Of a DNA stretch of 64,000 nt, positions 22,598 to 34,697 are shown piece by piece (position 1 is the stretch's first letter; every line of letters starts with the position of its first letter). The DNA lies in contig NIVC01000301.1 of NCBI GenBank assembly GCA_002269645.1, positions 160,372 to 224,371 of the forward strand, read 5' to 3'. The stretch comes from Macrostomum lignano. Lineage: Eukaryota. The position numbers and the translations under genes were made by a program. The notes beneath the pieces were generated by a model, which had not been told where the DNA came from, searched no databases, and saw nothing but the letters and a program-made list of their open reading frames with translations.

Positions 22598-25336
22598 TTA
22601 ACCACGTTTGGCGGCACGTCTAAGGTTGCGTCTGGCGCGTCTGACACGACGACCACCTCTTCTCACATCGCGGCTTCTGCGGGCACGTCTGGCGGCGCGT
22701 CTACGGATGCGTCTGGCGCGTCTGGCAATGCGTCTACGGATGCGTCTGGCGCGTCTGGCACGACGACCACCTCTTCTCACATCGCGGCTTCTGCGGGCAC
22801 GTCTGGCAGCGCGTCTAAGGTTGCGTCTGGCGCGTCTGGCACGACGACCACCTCTTCTCACATCGCGGCTTCTGCGGGAACGTCTTGCAGCGCGTCCAAG
22901 GTTGCGTCTCGCGCGTCTGGCACGACGACCACCTCTTCTCACATCGCGGCTTCTGCGGGCGCGTCTAGCAATGCGTCTACGGATGCGTCTGGCGCGTCTA
23001 ACACGACGACCACCTCTTCTCACATCGCGGCTTCTGCGGGCACGTCTTGCAGCGCGTCTAAGGTTGCGTCTGGCGCGTCTGGCACGACGACCACCTCTTC
23101 TCACATCGCGGCTTCTGCGGGCACGTCTTGCGGCGCGTCTACGGATGCGTCTGGCGCGTCTAGCAATGCGTCTACGGATGCGTCTGGCGCGTCTGGCACG
23201 ACGACCACCTCTTCTCACATCGCGGCTTCTGCGGGCACGTCTTGCAGCGCGTCTACGGATGCGTCTGGCGCGTCTGGCAATGCGTCTACGGATGCGTCTG
23301 GCGCGTCTTGCACGACGACCACCTCTTCTCACATCGCGGCTTCTGCGGGCGCGTCTAGCAATGCGTCTACGGATGCGTCTGGCGCGTCTGGCACGACGAC
23401 CACCTCTTCTCACATCGCGGCTTCTGCGGGCACGTCTTGCAGCGCGTCTAAGGTTGCGTCTCGCGCGTCTGGCACGACGACCACCTCTTCTCACATCGCG
23501 GCTTCTGCGGGCACGTCTTGCGGCGCGTCTACGGATGCGTCTGGCGCGTCTGGCAATGCGTCTACGGATGCGTCTGGCGCGTCTGGCACGACGACCACCT
23601 CTTCTCACATCGCGGCTTCTGCGGGCACGTCTTGCAGCGCGTCTACGGATGCGTCTGGCGCGTCTGGCAATGCGTCTACGGATGCGTCTGGCGCGTCTTG
23701 CACGACGACCACCTCTTCTCACATCGCGGCTTCTGCGGGCACGTCTGGCGGCGCGTCTAAGGTTGCGTCTCGCGCGTCTGGCACGACGACCACCTCTTCT
23801 CACATCGCGGCTTCTGCGGGCACGTCTTGCAGCGCGTCTAAGGTTGCGTCTCGCGCGTCTGGCACGACGACCACCTCTTCTCACATCGCGGCTTCTGCGG
23901 GCGCGTCTGGCAATGCGTCTACGGATGCGTCTGGCGCGTCTAACACGACGACCACCTCTTCTCACATCGCGGCTTCTGCGGGCACGTCTTGCGGCGCGTC
24001 TAAGGTTGCGTCTGGCGCGTCTGGCACGACGACCACCTCTTCTCACATCGCGGCTTCTGCGGGCACGTCTTGCAGCGCGTCTACGGATGCGTCTGGCGCG
24101 TCTGACACGACGACCACCTCTTCTCACATCGCGGCTTCTGCGGGCACGTCTTGCAGCGCGTCTAAGGTTGCGTCTGGCGCGTCTGGCACGACGACCACCT
24201 CTTCTCACATCGCGGCTTCTGCGGGCACGTCTTGCGGCGCGTCTACGGATGCGTCTGGCGCGTCTAGCAATGCGTCTACGGATGCGTCTGGCGCGTCTGG
24301 CACGACGACCACCTCTTCTCACATCGCGGCTTCTGCGGGCACGTCTTGCAGCGCGTCTAAGGTTGCGTCTCGCGCGTCTGGCACGACGACCACCTCTTCT
24401 CACATCGCGGCTTTAGCGGGCACGTCTTGCGGCGCGTCTACGGATGCGTCTGGCGCGTCTAGCAATGCGTCTACGGATGCGTCTGGCGCGTCTGGCACGA
24501 CGACCACCTCTTCTCACATCGCGGCTTCTGCGGGCACGTCTTGCAGCGCGTCTACGGATGCGTCTGGCGCGTCTGGCAATGCGTCTACGGATGCGTCTGG
24601 CGCGTCTTGCACGACGACCACCTCTTCTCACATCGCGGCTTCTGCGGGCACGTCTGGCGGCGCGTCTAAGGTTGCGTCTCGCGCGTCTGGCACGACGACC
24701 ACCTCTTCTCACATCGCGGCTTCTGCGGGCACGTCTTGCAGCGCGTCTAAGGTTGCGTCTCGCGCGTCTGGCACGACGACCACCTCTTCTCACATCGCGG
24801 CTTCTGCGGGCGCGTCTGGCAATGCGTCTACGGATGCGTCTGGCGCGTCTAACACGACGACCACCTCTTCTCACATCGCGGCTTCTGCGGGCACGTCTTG
24901 CAGCGCGTCTACGGATGCGTCTGGCGCGTCTGACACGACGACCACCTCTTCTCACATCGCGGCTTCTGCGGGCACGTCTGGCGGCGCGTCGGTTCTGCCG
25001 CCTGGATTGGCGGCGACTCCGCCTCTCGCTTCTTCTGCCCCTTCTTTTCTCTGCGCTCCTCCTTGGCGGTCTTCTGCAAGGCTTCTGAGCCATAGCGGGC
25101 TTCTTAGCGGATCCAGCGATGGCCGCAGCGTTAGCGGCTGCTGGCTTCTTCAGCTTATTCTTCGCATTCGGTGGTGGCGCTGAGAGCTGAAAATTGCAAA
25201 TGATTTTCGTAATTATTCAAAATTGAAGCTGCCATTAGTGCTACATACGTACGAGCGTAGTTATGTGCAACAGAGTTCAACTTACCACTAGCGTGCAAAG
25301 CAGCGCGGCGCAAGCTGCCAACAGAATGAGTCTCAT
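22598..25336 (-). CDS. Secreted Arg-rich repeat protein, copy 2; exons 25336-25286 and 25186-22598; in-frame TAA at 24415-24413 gives 274 aa instead of 879 aa
   Basis: Identical signal exon and splice sites to copy 1. The listed ORFs 24413-25093 and 22598-24403 are in one frame, separated by AGA>TAA. Confidence 0.8.
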
Positions 25337-26789
25337 GTTTGAGCTGTTTGGGAGCTGACTGGATTGAATTTCGGAAGCCCCAAAACGGACCTACTTTTAT
25401 GCTGTTGTTGAGCTTGACACCCCGCGGGTGGCCGTTTCTTCACCTGCCGGATGGCAACTGCTGAGCTGGCAGACTGTCAGATTTTTTAAATTTGTTTGCA
25501 CGCTGCTTCGCACTGGAAATTCGTGCGGCTTGAATGCCGTTCATTTTTAGACAATTTTGTTTGTTTTGTTCGACTCTGCTGACTGGTGCAAAATAATTCT
25601 CAAGAACGAAATAATTCTCCCTACTCTCAAGACATTACGGCCTTGTCGTTTTGGTGACTTTTGCTGTGCTGAGCAAACGCGGGCCTGAAGTGGCGCTTGT
25701 TTGACAGCAGAATCTGCAGGTGCAACTCCTCAAACATGCGAAAAGTTGCTAAGGCGATCGATTTTGACTAAGAGTTTTTTGCGACTCAAACGTTCATGCT
25801 CACACTGAAGAGTAAATTGCAAGAAACCACTTTTGCAATTCGATGATTAAGAATTTTGGTTGACGTCAGCACTGCATTCAAAATATCTTTGTATCCTTGA
25901 TGCGAGAGCTCTCATAATGCCGTTGCGGGTAGGGATTTTTCAGGCCAGTGACTGACTGATGCCGTGGGTGACGAAAACTGTAAAAGGTTTATCAAGTAGC
26001 TCACACCAGTGTGGCAGATTATTAAATTCCCCAGATTACGATTCCTGATAGTAATGTGTGCCTGTGTTCCTTTAGCACTGCGGTTCTTGCCGCCTCTCAA
26101 CCTCTTCGTCAGGGGTGAGGCGGCTGGAACGATCCGGCGTCTACTAGAACTCTCCTAATCAGAGTGCAACATAGCTGCTGTCGACACCGGGGGACCTCCC
26201 GGGACGGCGCAAACCCTTCGTCCATAGCGACGAATCGGCCGTTCAGGGATTAGCGGAATGGGCTTTCGTGCCTTGCCGCTGTGTCCCCTCCGGGACAGCC
26301 CTGCAGTTAAGTAAGTCAAGATGTATGCGTGGCTTCTTTGAGCACTGAGGATCTTGCCACAAGTAGATGTCCAGCTGAATTGCTGTGCAGGTCTGTTTTC
26401 AGACTGTAAAAAAATGATTTAAAAAGCTTTAATCCGCTAAAAGTTGAGTATCTGGTAGCAGTGAAATCGCTTTTGGGTTCACAAAACATTTTACCAATAT
26501 TCCATCCACCCTGTTACATACTACACAAATTACCATAGCGTTTGCGACGCAGGTTGCAGGAAGGAGCATCTGAGAAACATTGAAAAACTAGGATCAGTTC
26601 GGGTGGAAGAGCATAGTAGGTATTTCTTTGAATTCTGAATCCCGATATCGGTAAATCCTGAATGTAAACTCGGCTGTTCGGGACGAATCGAAACAATTTT
26701 TGTCTGTCAGAAGTTTCCTAATGATGAGTCTCCAGGTAGCCTGCAATCTTCTAAAATTGTCCAGAATGTAGCCGAATCCCGTAACTACT

Positions 26790-27355
26790 GGTACTTGTCT
26801 CAAGATCCCGTTACCTACTTGTCCCGAGATCCCGTACCTACTTGTCCCGAGACCCCGTTACCTACTTGTTCCGAGATCTCGTTACCTACTTGTCCTGAGA
26901 TCTCGTTACCTACTTGTCCTGAGATCCCGTCATATAGTTGTCCTTAGATCCCGTTAAATATCTGTCCTGAGATCCCGTCACATATTTGTCCTGAGATCCC
27001 GTTGAATATCTGTCCTGAGATCCCGTCACATATTTGTCCTGAGATCCTGTTAAATATCTGTCCTGATATCCCGTTCCATCTTTTTTCTGAGATCCCGTTC
27101 CTTGCTTGTCCTGAGATCGCATTCCATATTTGTCCTGAGATCCCATCTCATCTTTTTTCTGAGATCCCGTTCCATACTTGTCCTGAGGTCCCGTTACATA
27201 CTGGTCCTGCGATCCCGTTACATACTTGTCCTGAGGTCCCGTTCCATACTTGTCCTGAGGTCCCGTTACATACTTGTCCTGAGGTCCCGTTCCATACTTG
27301 TCCTGAGGTCCCGTTCCATACTTGTCCTGAGGTCCCGTTACATACTTGTCCCAAG
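26790..27355. repeat. Degenerate 21-22-bp minisatellite (TACTTGTCCTGAG[A/G]TCCCGTT[A/C]CA-like)
   Basis: Read directly; source of the repetitive ORFs at 26910-27458. Confidence 0.9.
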
Positions 27356-27777
27356 ATCCTTTCTCAAAAAATCACATCCAGACCCAAAAAGCTTGTCCCG
27401 TTCTAGAGCAAGTCCTCTCAGTGTAAAATTTGTCATCACCTGTTTCCTAGGCAACTAATTGACTTGTGTCTTGTCAATCACCGGACAGAATGGGTTCGAA
27501 TTATTACAGTTGCTGTGCAGAGTGCTGCTTTCGGAGTGTCCCTACTGCAACAGCTTCTATCATCCATCCAAAGGAAATTAATAGAAAAAACTCAACACGC
27601 GGTGAAAGCCGAACTCGACTAAGCAGCATGGAAATGGAAAAAAACATCACTGGTAAAACCGCATGTCCATTAGCCGATCTTAATGCATTAAGGCCTGACA
27701 GCTTTAGTATAAACGTTTACCAGAAACCTTTCCGAAACACAACCGATTCACTTTGTCACTTCTGCTTCTGGAAGAGA

Positions 27778-30700
27778 ATGATGCCTCAAATTTGTCGATT
27801 TGCTACCGGACTGAGCCTCCTGGCTCTGCTGGCCGCGTCAAACTGCCTTGGCGACTCGGCGACGGCTGAGCTGTGTGAGTTCAACTGGGCAGGGATTAGG
27901 GGTTATTAATTGTGCGAATAGGCTTAGGGGTGCAGCGTAATTAAGGTCTTGGGTTGTGTTAGACATCAAAGGCTAAAACATGCGAAAGCAAACAGTGCAT
28001 AATAATCTTTTCTGCCTTGTGCACTAACTGGAAGCATTCCAACAGTAAGCTGCCGAATCCTTCAGACAGCCGAGCGGCCGCGCCGGGGTCGCCGGCCGGT
28101 GCGGTGAGCCAAGCGCCGTCGCAGAGCGCCATCGAGTGCTCGGCCCAGTGCAGCAGCGCTGGGCTGACCTGCAGGTCGGCGCTGTTTCTGCCAGCCGACG
28201 GAGTCTGCCTGATGTCGGAGCAGCCTGCGGCGAATTTTTCTAGCGTCGTTGGAGGCGCGGTCGGCAGGCCGTTCGTGAAGTCGAGTTCAAAGGATGCGGC
28301 GGTCTTTACCTCCGCGATCCCGCCTGTCCCTGTGACGCATCAAGGTCAGTATTTGACTCCATACTCAATTCGTTTTTAATTCGAGAACGTATTTTCAAAT
28401 AAGAAAGCCGCTAGCATCTGCAAGTTAAGCAGAGTTTGCCGCGGTTAGCACGCAGCTGAATATGCTGTTTGTGTCGTCCCTATGATTTTTTATGAGATGC
28501 AGGGGGCTGTGTGCACCCTGGCGCACTTTAAGCGAAATATATTGTCACACAACCGGAGAGAGGCATTACTGCTCTGAGCTCCTCTGAGCAGGCACACTAG
28601 CGCGGGGATACGTACGCTGTCATGCGCACAGGCACACACTCACACAGGAATGTACAGATCTGATTTTATTTATCGTTAGGCATGTACACTTCACTGTGCC
28701 TTAGGCGTTGACTCTCAAAGGGCGTTACCCCTAAAGACAGCCTTAGTTTTTATGCGCATTAAATATATAAAAGTGCATCCTTAATCGCATCGTCAAGCAA
28801 GCCCTGCGTTGCGCTGAAATTGCAGACACGTCTGCTGCCGGCCCCGCTCCCACCACGGCTGCTCCGATTCCACTTGGCTACAAAACCCAGAGAGGCAGTC
28901 GCGAGTTTCGAGTTGCCCAGCAGCGACTTAACGACAGCATCAGCTTTGCCAGAACGAATACGAAGTACGAATCGAAGGCCGAGTACGAATCGGGATTTGG
29001 CGATCAAAGCAACTTCTTCATCGGTGAGTTAGAAATGACTCAGGGCCGTAAACTACTTTTGATTTACAGATAGTAGCTGATGCGCACATTGCAAGAATAT
29101 TATGACATGTAATTCAAAGAGAATTATTTTTCATGTTTCGCATTTTTCACATTTGTGGAGTTTGGGATTGTGGAGTCTGGGGATTGTGGAGTTTAAGGAT
29201 TGTGGAGTCTGGAGATTTTGAAGTTTGAGGATTGTGGAGTCTGGAGATTTTGAAGTTTGAGGATTGTGGAGTCTGGAGATTGTGGAGTTTGGGGATTGTG
29301 GCGTTTGTGAGGATTGTGGAGTTTGGGATTGTGGAGTTTGGGATTGTGGAGTTTGGAATGTGGAGTTTGGGGGATTGTGGAGTTTGGGGATTGTGGAGTC
29401 TGGAGATTGTGGAGTTTGAGGATTGTGGCGTTTGTGAGGATTGTGGAGTTTGGGGATTGTGGCGTTTGTGAGGATTGTGGAGTTTGGGGATTGTGGAGTT
29501 TGGGGATTGTGGAGTTTGAGGATTGTGGAGTTTGGGGATTGTGGAGTTTGGAATGTGGAGTTTGGGGGATTGTGGAGTTTGGGGATTGTGGAGTTTGAGG
29601 ATTGTGGCGTTTGTGAGGATTGTGGAGTTTGGGGATTGTGGAGTTTGGAATGTGGAGTTTGGGGGATTGTGGAGTTTGGGGATTGTGGAGTTTGAGGATT
29701 GTGGAGTTTGGGGATTGTGGAGACTGGAGATTTTGGAGTTTGAGGATTGTGGAGTCTGGAGATTGTGGAGTTTGGGGATTGTGAAGTCAGGGGATTGCGG
29801 AGTTTGGGGATTGTGGAGTTTGGGGATTGTGGAGTTTGGGGATTGTGGAGTTTGGGGATTGTTGAGTTTGGGGATTGTGGCGTTTGTGAGGATTGTGGAG
29901 TTTGTGAGGATTGTGGAGTTTGGGATTGTGGAGTTTGGGGGGTTGTGGAGTTTGTGAGGATTGTGGCGTTTGTGAGGATTGTGGAGTTTGGGATTGTGGA
30001 GTTTGGGGGATTGTGGAGTTTGGGGGATTGTGGAGTTTAGGGATTGTGGAGTTTAGGGATTGTGGAGTTTGGGATTGCGGAGTTTAGGGATTGTGGAGTT
30101 TGGGATTGCGGAGTTTGGGGATTGTGGAGTTTAGGGATTGTGAAGTCAGGGGATTGCGGAGTTTGGGGATTGTGGAGTTTGGGGATTGTGGAGTTTGGGG
30201 ATTGTTGAGTTTGGGATTGCGGAGTTTAGGGATTGTGGAGTTTGGGATTGCGGAGTTTGGGGATTGTGGAGTTTGGGGATTGTGGAGTTTGGGATTGCGG
30301 TGTTTGGGGATTGTGGAGTATGTGATTGCGGAGTTTGGGGATTGTGGAGTTTGGGATTGTGGAGTTTGGGGATTGTGGCGTTTGTGAGGATTGTGGAGTT
30401 TGGGATTGTGGAGTTTGGGGATTGTGGAGTTTGGGGATTGCGGAGTTTGGGGATTGTGGAGTTTGGGGATTGTGGCGTTTGTGAGGATTGTGGAGTTTGG
30501 GATTGTGTGGAGTTTGGGGGATTGTGGAGTTTGGGGATTGTGGAGTTTGGGGATTGTGGAGTTTGGGGATTGCGGAGTTTGGGGATTGTGGAGTTTGAGC
30601 ATTTTGGAATCAGGTCGCTTAGGGAAAATGAGATTTGTGGGGGTAAAAGCAGCCCAGTTTAAAATGAACTCCCTCCGCAGGCCTGTCAGTGCTGCATGCG

Positions 30701-31141
30701 CACACTGGCTACGCGCCCAGAACGGCCCGAGTGGAAGCCAACCTCTGGAACGGCACCCTGCTGGTAGCTGAGTTCCCCAGCTTTCGACTCAGCAACCGGT
30801 CCACCAACTACGCTTTGAAAGTCGGCAACGCGGTGAGCAGCGGCTGGACGAACTCCTCCTGCTGCACCTTCGCCAGCTCGGGCGCGCAGTTCTCCACCTT
30901 GGACTCGGACAATGACGCAGTTTCGGGGAATTTTTTGTCCAGAGATTTCGCGGGCAGAGCCGGCTGGTGGTTCGATTATAAGAATTTTATCAAGTGCGCC
31001 AACCTGAATGGAGAGTACACCAGTGCTGGGGACACCAGCAGCGCAAGCGAGGCTTCGTTTCACTGGAGTGCCAAGGCAGCGAGCGGCGGGTGCAACGCCG
31101 TCAGCTTGAAGAGCTCCCTGATCATGCTGGAAATTCTCTGA
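27778..31141 (+). CDS. Third secreted PAN-like plus fibrinogen-domain gene; exons 27778-27874, 28066-28344, 28826-29023, 30681-31141
   Basis: Signal peptide MMPQICRFATGLSLLALLAASNCLG; PAN exon very similar to 17719-17958; FRVAQQRLNDSISFAR...GFGDQSNFFIG|LSVLH; FSTLDSDND; GWWF...ANLNGEY. Phase-1 GT-AG introns as in the paralogue. Confidence 0.85.
29152..30598. repeat. ~16-18-bp G/T-rich minisatellite (GGATTGTGGAGTTTGG[G])n filling FReD intron 3
   Basis: Read directly. Confidence 0.95.
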
Positions 31142-31548
31142 ATCGAATCTTAAGCAGCTGATGCTCATGATCAAGTGGAGCATCTTAAGGACCAAACCAA
31201 AATTTGTAATTCTTTCTAATCCTTCGCTAATGCACTTTGACGCAATAGTTCATGTAGCCCTTCTTGTGGAGTGAAGTGAATTGAAAAATACAAAAATATT
31301 TGCAAATTTAATATTGGCAAAGATTTCTGAAACAAGCATGCATCCCACTTTTGTGTTCGACACTTTACAGGTACAAGGGAAACCCGTCCCTCCTGCGCCA
31401 TGCGTCCTGACGCTTAGCTGCAGGTGGCTAAGAGTCACGGCGTTCTGACGCCTCAGATTCCGGGAGCATGGCAAGCAATGCCCGTTTACTAGTACAATAG
31501 CCTGTAAACCCGACCGTACCCCGTGAGCCAGGAATTTAGGGTTACAAC

Positions 31549-31940
31549 CATGGATGAATGAATAGAATGGATTGCTATTCTGGCTCTGGCTATTTTCGTT
31601 TTTGACTCTTTTGCATCCGGTTCCCCCCGTGCCTTTTCATTGGTTGATGATTGCCATAGACAATTTTCGGCCTTCGCCCCTTTCTTTCGATGCACAAGCG
31701 CTTTCGCTCGTGTTTTGAAATAAAGGGGGAAGACCTACGAGCGCTCGATATTCTCTGCAAGTAACTGACATTCTCAGTTCTTTGCGCCTGTGCATCGAAA
31801 GAAAGGGGCGAAGGCCGAAAATTGTCTATGGCAATCATCAACCAATGAAAAGGCACGGGGGGGGGGAACCGGATGCAAAAGAGTCAAAAACGAAAATAGC
31901 CAGAGCCAGAATAGCAATCCATTCTATTCATTCATCCATG
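31549..31940. mobile_element. MITE with long (~150 bp) inverted arms, CATGG termini and an 8-bp TSD GTTACAAC
   Basis: Arms ~31549-31697 and ~31787-31940 are reverse complements; GTTACAAC at 31541-31548 and 31941-31948. Confidence 0.9.
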
Positions 31941-32235
31941 GTTACAACGCCATGCTATCAATCATTTATTTTGGCCATAGACATCCGCAGCATGCCGATG
32001 GGAGCCGAAAGGAAGCTCAGCTCCGGACAAAAACAACTGTCTGCAATCAACTAGAAACACTCCCACCCAGGTGTACTGTGATTAACTAATGCTTTGTGCT
32101 AACTTAAAGGCTAGAAGAGACCCTTTCTGCAAAAGCTAGGTCTTTAACTAATCAATTTGTTTCGAAAAAAGAAGAAAATCAGGCAAAACAGTGACGCTTC
32201 CGGAATTAATTCAATCAGAAAAGTTTCGGCCTTAA

Positions 32236-32747
32236 GTGGTTCCTGATCAGGACTGACTTCAGTTCAAGCTTCTGCTGCAGTGGTTCCTGATCAGGACTGA
32301 CTTCAGTTCAAGCTTCTGCTGCAGTGGTTCCTGATCAGGACTGACTTCAGTTCAAGCTTCTGCTGCAGTGGTTCCTGATCAGGACTGACTTCAGTTCAAG
32401 CTTCTGCTGCAGTGGTTCCTGATCAGGACTGACTTCAGTTCAAGCTTCTGCTGCAGTGGTTCCTGATCAGGACTGACTTCAGTTCAAGCTTCTGCTGCAG
32501 TGGTTCCTGATCAGGACTGACTTCAGTTCAAGCTTCTGCTGCAGTGGTTCCTGATCAGGACTGACTTCAGTTCAAGCTTCTGCTGCAGTGGTTCCTGATC
32601 AGGACTGACTTCAGTTCAAGCTTCTGCTGCAGTGGTTCCTGATCAGGACTGACTTCAGTTCAAGCTTCTGCTGCAGTGGTTCCTGATCAGGACTGACTTC
32701 AGTTCAAGCTTCTGCTGCAGTGGTTCCTGATCAGGACTGACTTCAGT
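32236..32747. repeat. Perfect 44-bp tandem repeat, ~11.6 copies
   Basis: GTGGTTCCTGATCAGGACTGACTTCAGTTCAAGCTTCTGCTGCA; no variation and no spacers seen. Confidence 0.97.
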
Positions 32748-33344
32748 CTTCAGTTCGTATTTTCTTATTATGTATTTCTCCAGCGCGCCAGTCGCGAGTC
32801 ACAACAATAAAAGTCGAATGAAAGACGGACAAAAAGCGATTAAAAGAAGGCAGCTGACACCAGCGGAGTGAACGGGCAGCGGGGTGAAGACCCCTAGGAA
32901 AGGACGAACACACAAGTAGAAAAAATGCAGTCACATAGGGAAAACGGGACATGATACAGCTGATGAGTGGCACAGGAGTTCTACACTGCAGTGACTGACA
33001 AATACGAGCGTAATTCAACTGACATTACTGCAACGCAGACATCGCTTCAGAAACTGTCTTCCGAAGAAATTTTCATTCAATCGGGAAATCCTGATATTGC
33101 TGCAATTAAAACGAAAACAGAAAAACCGTAGCTAATGAACAAAAAAGCAAAACTTGCAATTAGAAGAGGAAATCATTATAAAAGCTATTTAGATAGCGAA
33201 CAACACAGGCAAAACGCACACAATTAATACGACTGTGGCTGCTGAACTCAAATACCGAATCCGGCTGTTTCCGCATGTACACTGAAATTCTCTTTTAAAT
33301 TCTAAGTCCTTTGTCACTAATGGAAAGTTTCCATTGGCACTTAT

Positions 33345-34165
33345 TCCACTGTCACTGATTGATATTGTCACTGATCCCCATAGTCACTGATTCTTAAAAT
33401 CATTCATTCCTATTGTCACTGATTCCCACTGTCATTCATTTCCATTGTCACTGATTCCCATTGTCACTGATTTCCATTGTCACTGATTTTTATAATCATT
33501 GATTACCATTGTCACTGATTCCCACTGTCATTCATTTCCACTGTCACTGATTCCCACTGTCACTGATTCCAATTGTCACTCATTTTCACTGTCACTGATT
33601 CCAATTGTCACTCATTTCCATTGTCACTGACTCTCATTGTCACTGATTCCGATTGTCACCGATTCCCATTGTCACTGATTCCCGTTGTCACTAATTCGCA
33701 TTGTCACCGATTCGCATTGTCACTGATTCCCACTGTCACTGACTCCCATTGTCACTGATTCCGATTGTCACTGACTCCCATTGTCACTGATTCCGATTGT
33801 CACCGATTCTCATTGTCACTGACTCCCTATTGTCACTGATTCTCATTGTTACTGACTCCCATTGTCACTGATTCCCATTGTCACTGACTCCCATTGTCAC
33901 TGATTCCGATTGTCACTGACTCCCATTGTCACTGATTCCCGTTGTCACTAATTCGCATTGTCACCGATTCGCATTGTAACTGATTCCCACTGTCACTGAC
34001 TCCCATTGTCACTGATTCCGATTGTCACTGACTCCCATTGTCACTGATTCCGATTGTCACCGATTCTCATTGTCACTGACTCCCTATTGTCACTGATTCT
34101 CATTGTCACTGACTCCCATTGTCACTGATTCCCATTGTCACTGACTCCCATTGTCACTGATTCTC
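33345..34165. repeat. ~16-17-bp minisatellite (TTGTCACTGATTCCCA)n abutting the 3' end of the CULT gene
   Basis: Read directly. Confidence 0.93.
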
Positions 34166-34690
34166 CACCCAGGCCACGCCGCCACCGAGATCGCCAGAGT
34201 CCAGCAGGCGGTCCAGGATGAGGCCGTAGAAGGCCATCGCCGAGTCACTGACGGATCTGAACAGCCAGCCGAGGTGACCGCCACATTTCGGGCAGCCGCA
34301 CACCTGCCAGGTGAAGCCGGGGAAGAACGTGCCATCCTCCACCTGCTGGCCGCTGGTGACAGTTGAGATGCCTTCAGTTGCCATGGTAACCACTTCAAAC
34401 TCGTAGCCGGACGGATTGACAAATCGCTGTAGGAGGGCGGACCGGCCGGCCACCGACCAGTTGCGGCTGCTGAGCGCCTGCGGGCTGGCCAGGGACAGCG
34501 GCAGGCTGGCGTTGGGGCTCGCCACGGTGGCGCCGCACTGCCGGCACAGCAGCGAGCGGGTCAGACCGGACGGCGAAGGCGAGGGCGACTGGGCGGCGAG
34601 AGAGACAAGACAACCGGCTGACAGGGCGGCCAGGAGGGCGATGAGGCGAGGAATTCTTGGCTGCGCTTGAGACCGACTGAGCCGCGACAT
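34154..34690 (-). CDS. Signal-peptide-bearing CULT (cereblon thalidomide-binding/yippee fold) protein
   Basis: Hydrophobic N-terminus LIALLAALSAGCLVSLAA; LLCRQCG; FVNPSGYEFEV; TFFPGFTW; CPKCGGHLGWLF; FYGLI. No LON domain. The C-terminal end is uncertain. Confidence 0.88.
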   Translation of the reverse strand: MSRLSRSQAQPRIPRLIALLAALSAGCLVSLAAQSPSPSPSGLTRSLLCRQCGATVASPNASLPLSLASPQALSSRNWSVAGRSALLQRFVNPSGYEFEVVTMATEGISTVTSGQQVEDGTFFPGFTWQVCGCPKCGGHLGWLFRSVSDSAMAFYGLILDRLLDSGDLGGGVAWVENQ

Positions 34691-34697
34691 CTGGATG

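Larger units (their letters stand above)
17339..26147 (+). repeat. Segmental duplication, copy 2
   Basis: See copy 1. Has the full FReD gene and a Tc1 insertion, and lacks the DIRS coding body. Confidence 0.93.

Noticed and set aside
26160-26310. Structured RNA or ribozyme (hairpins TTCGTC/GACGAA, TGTCCC/GGGACA); also CTGATGAG near 63630
   Set aside because: Only short hairpins; no complete hammerhead, HDV, tRNA or snRNA motif set could be built.
32236-32747. CRISPR array
   Set aside because: Contiguous identical units without unique spacers; eukaryotic context; no cas genes.
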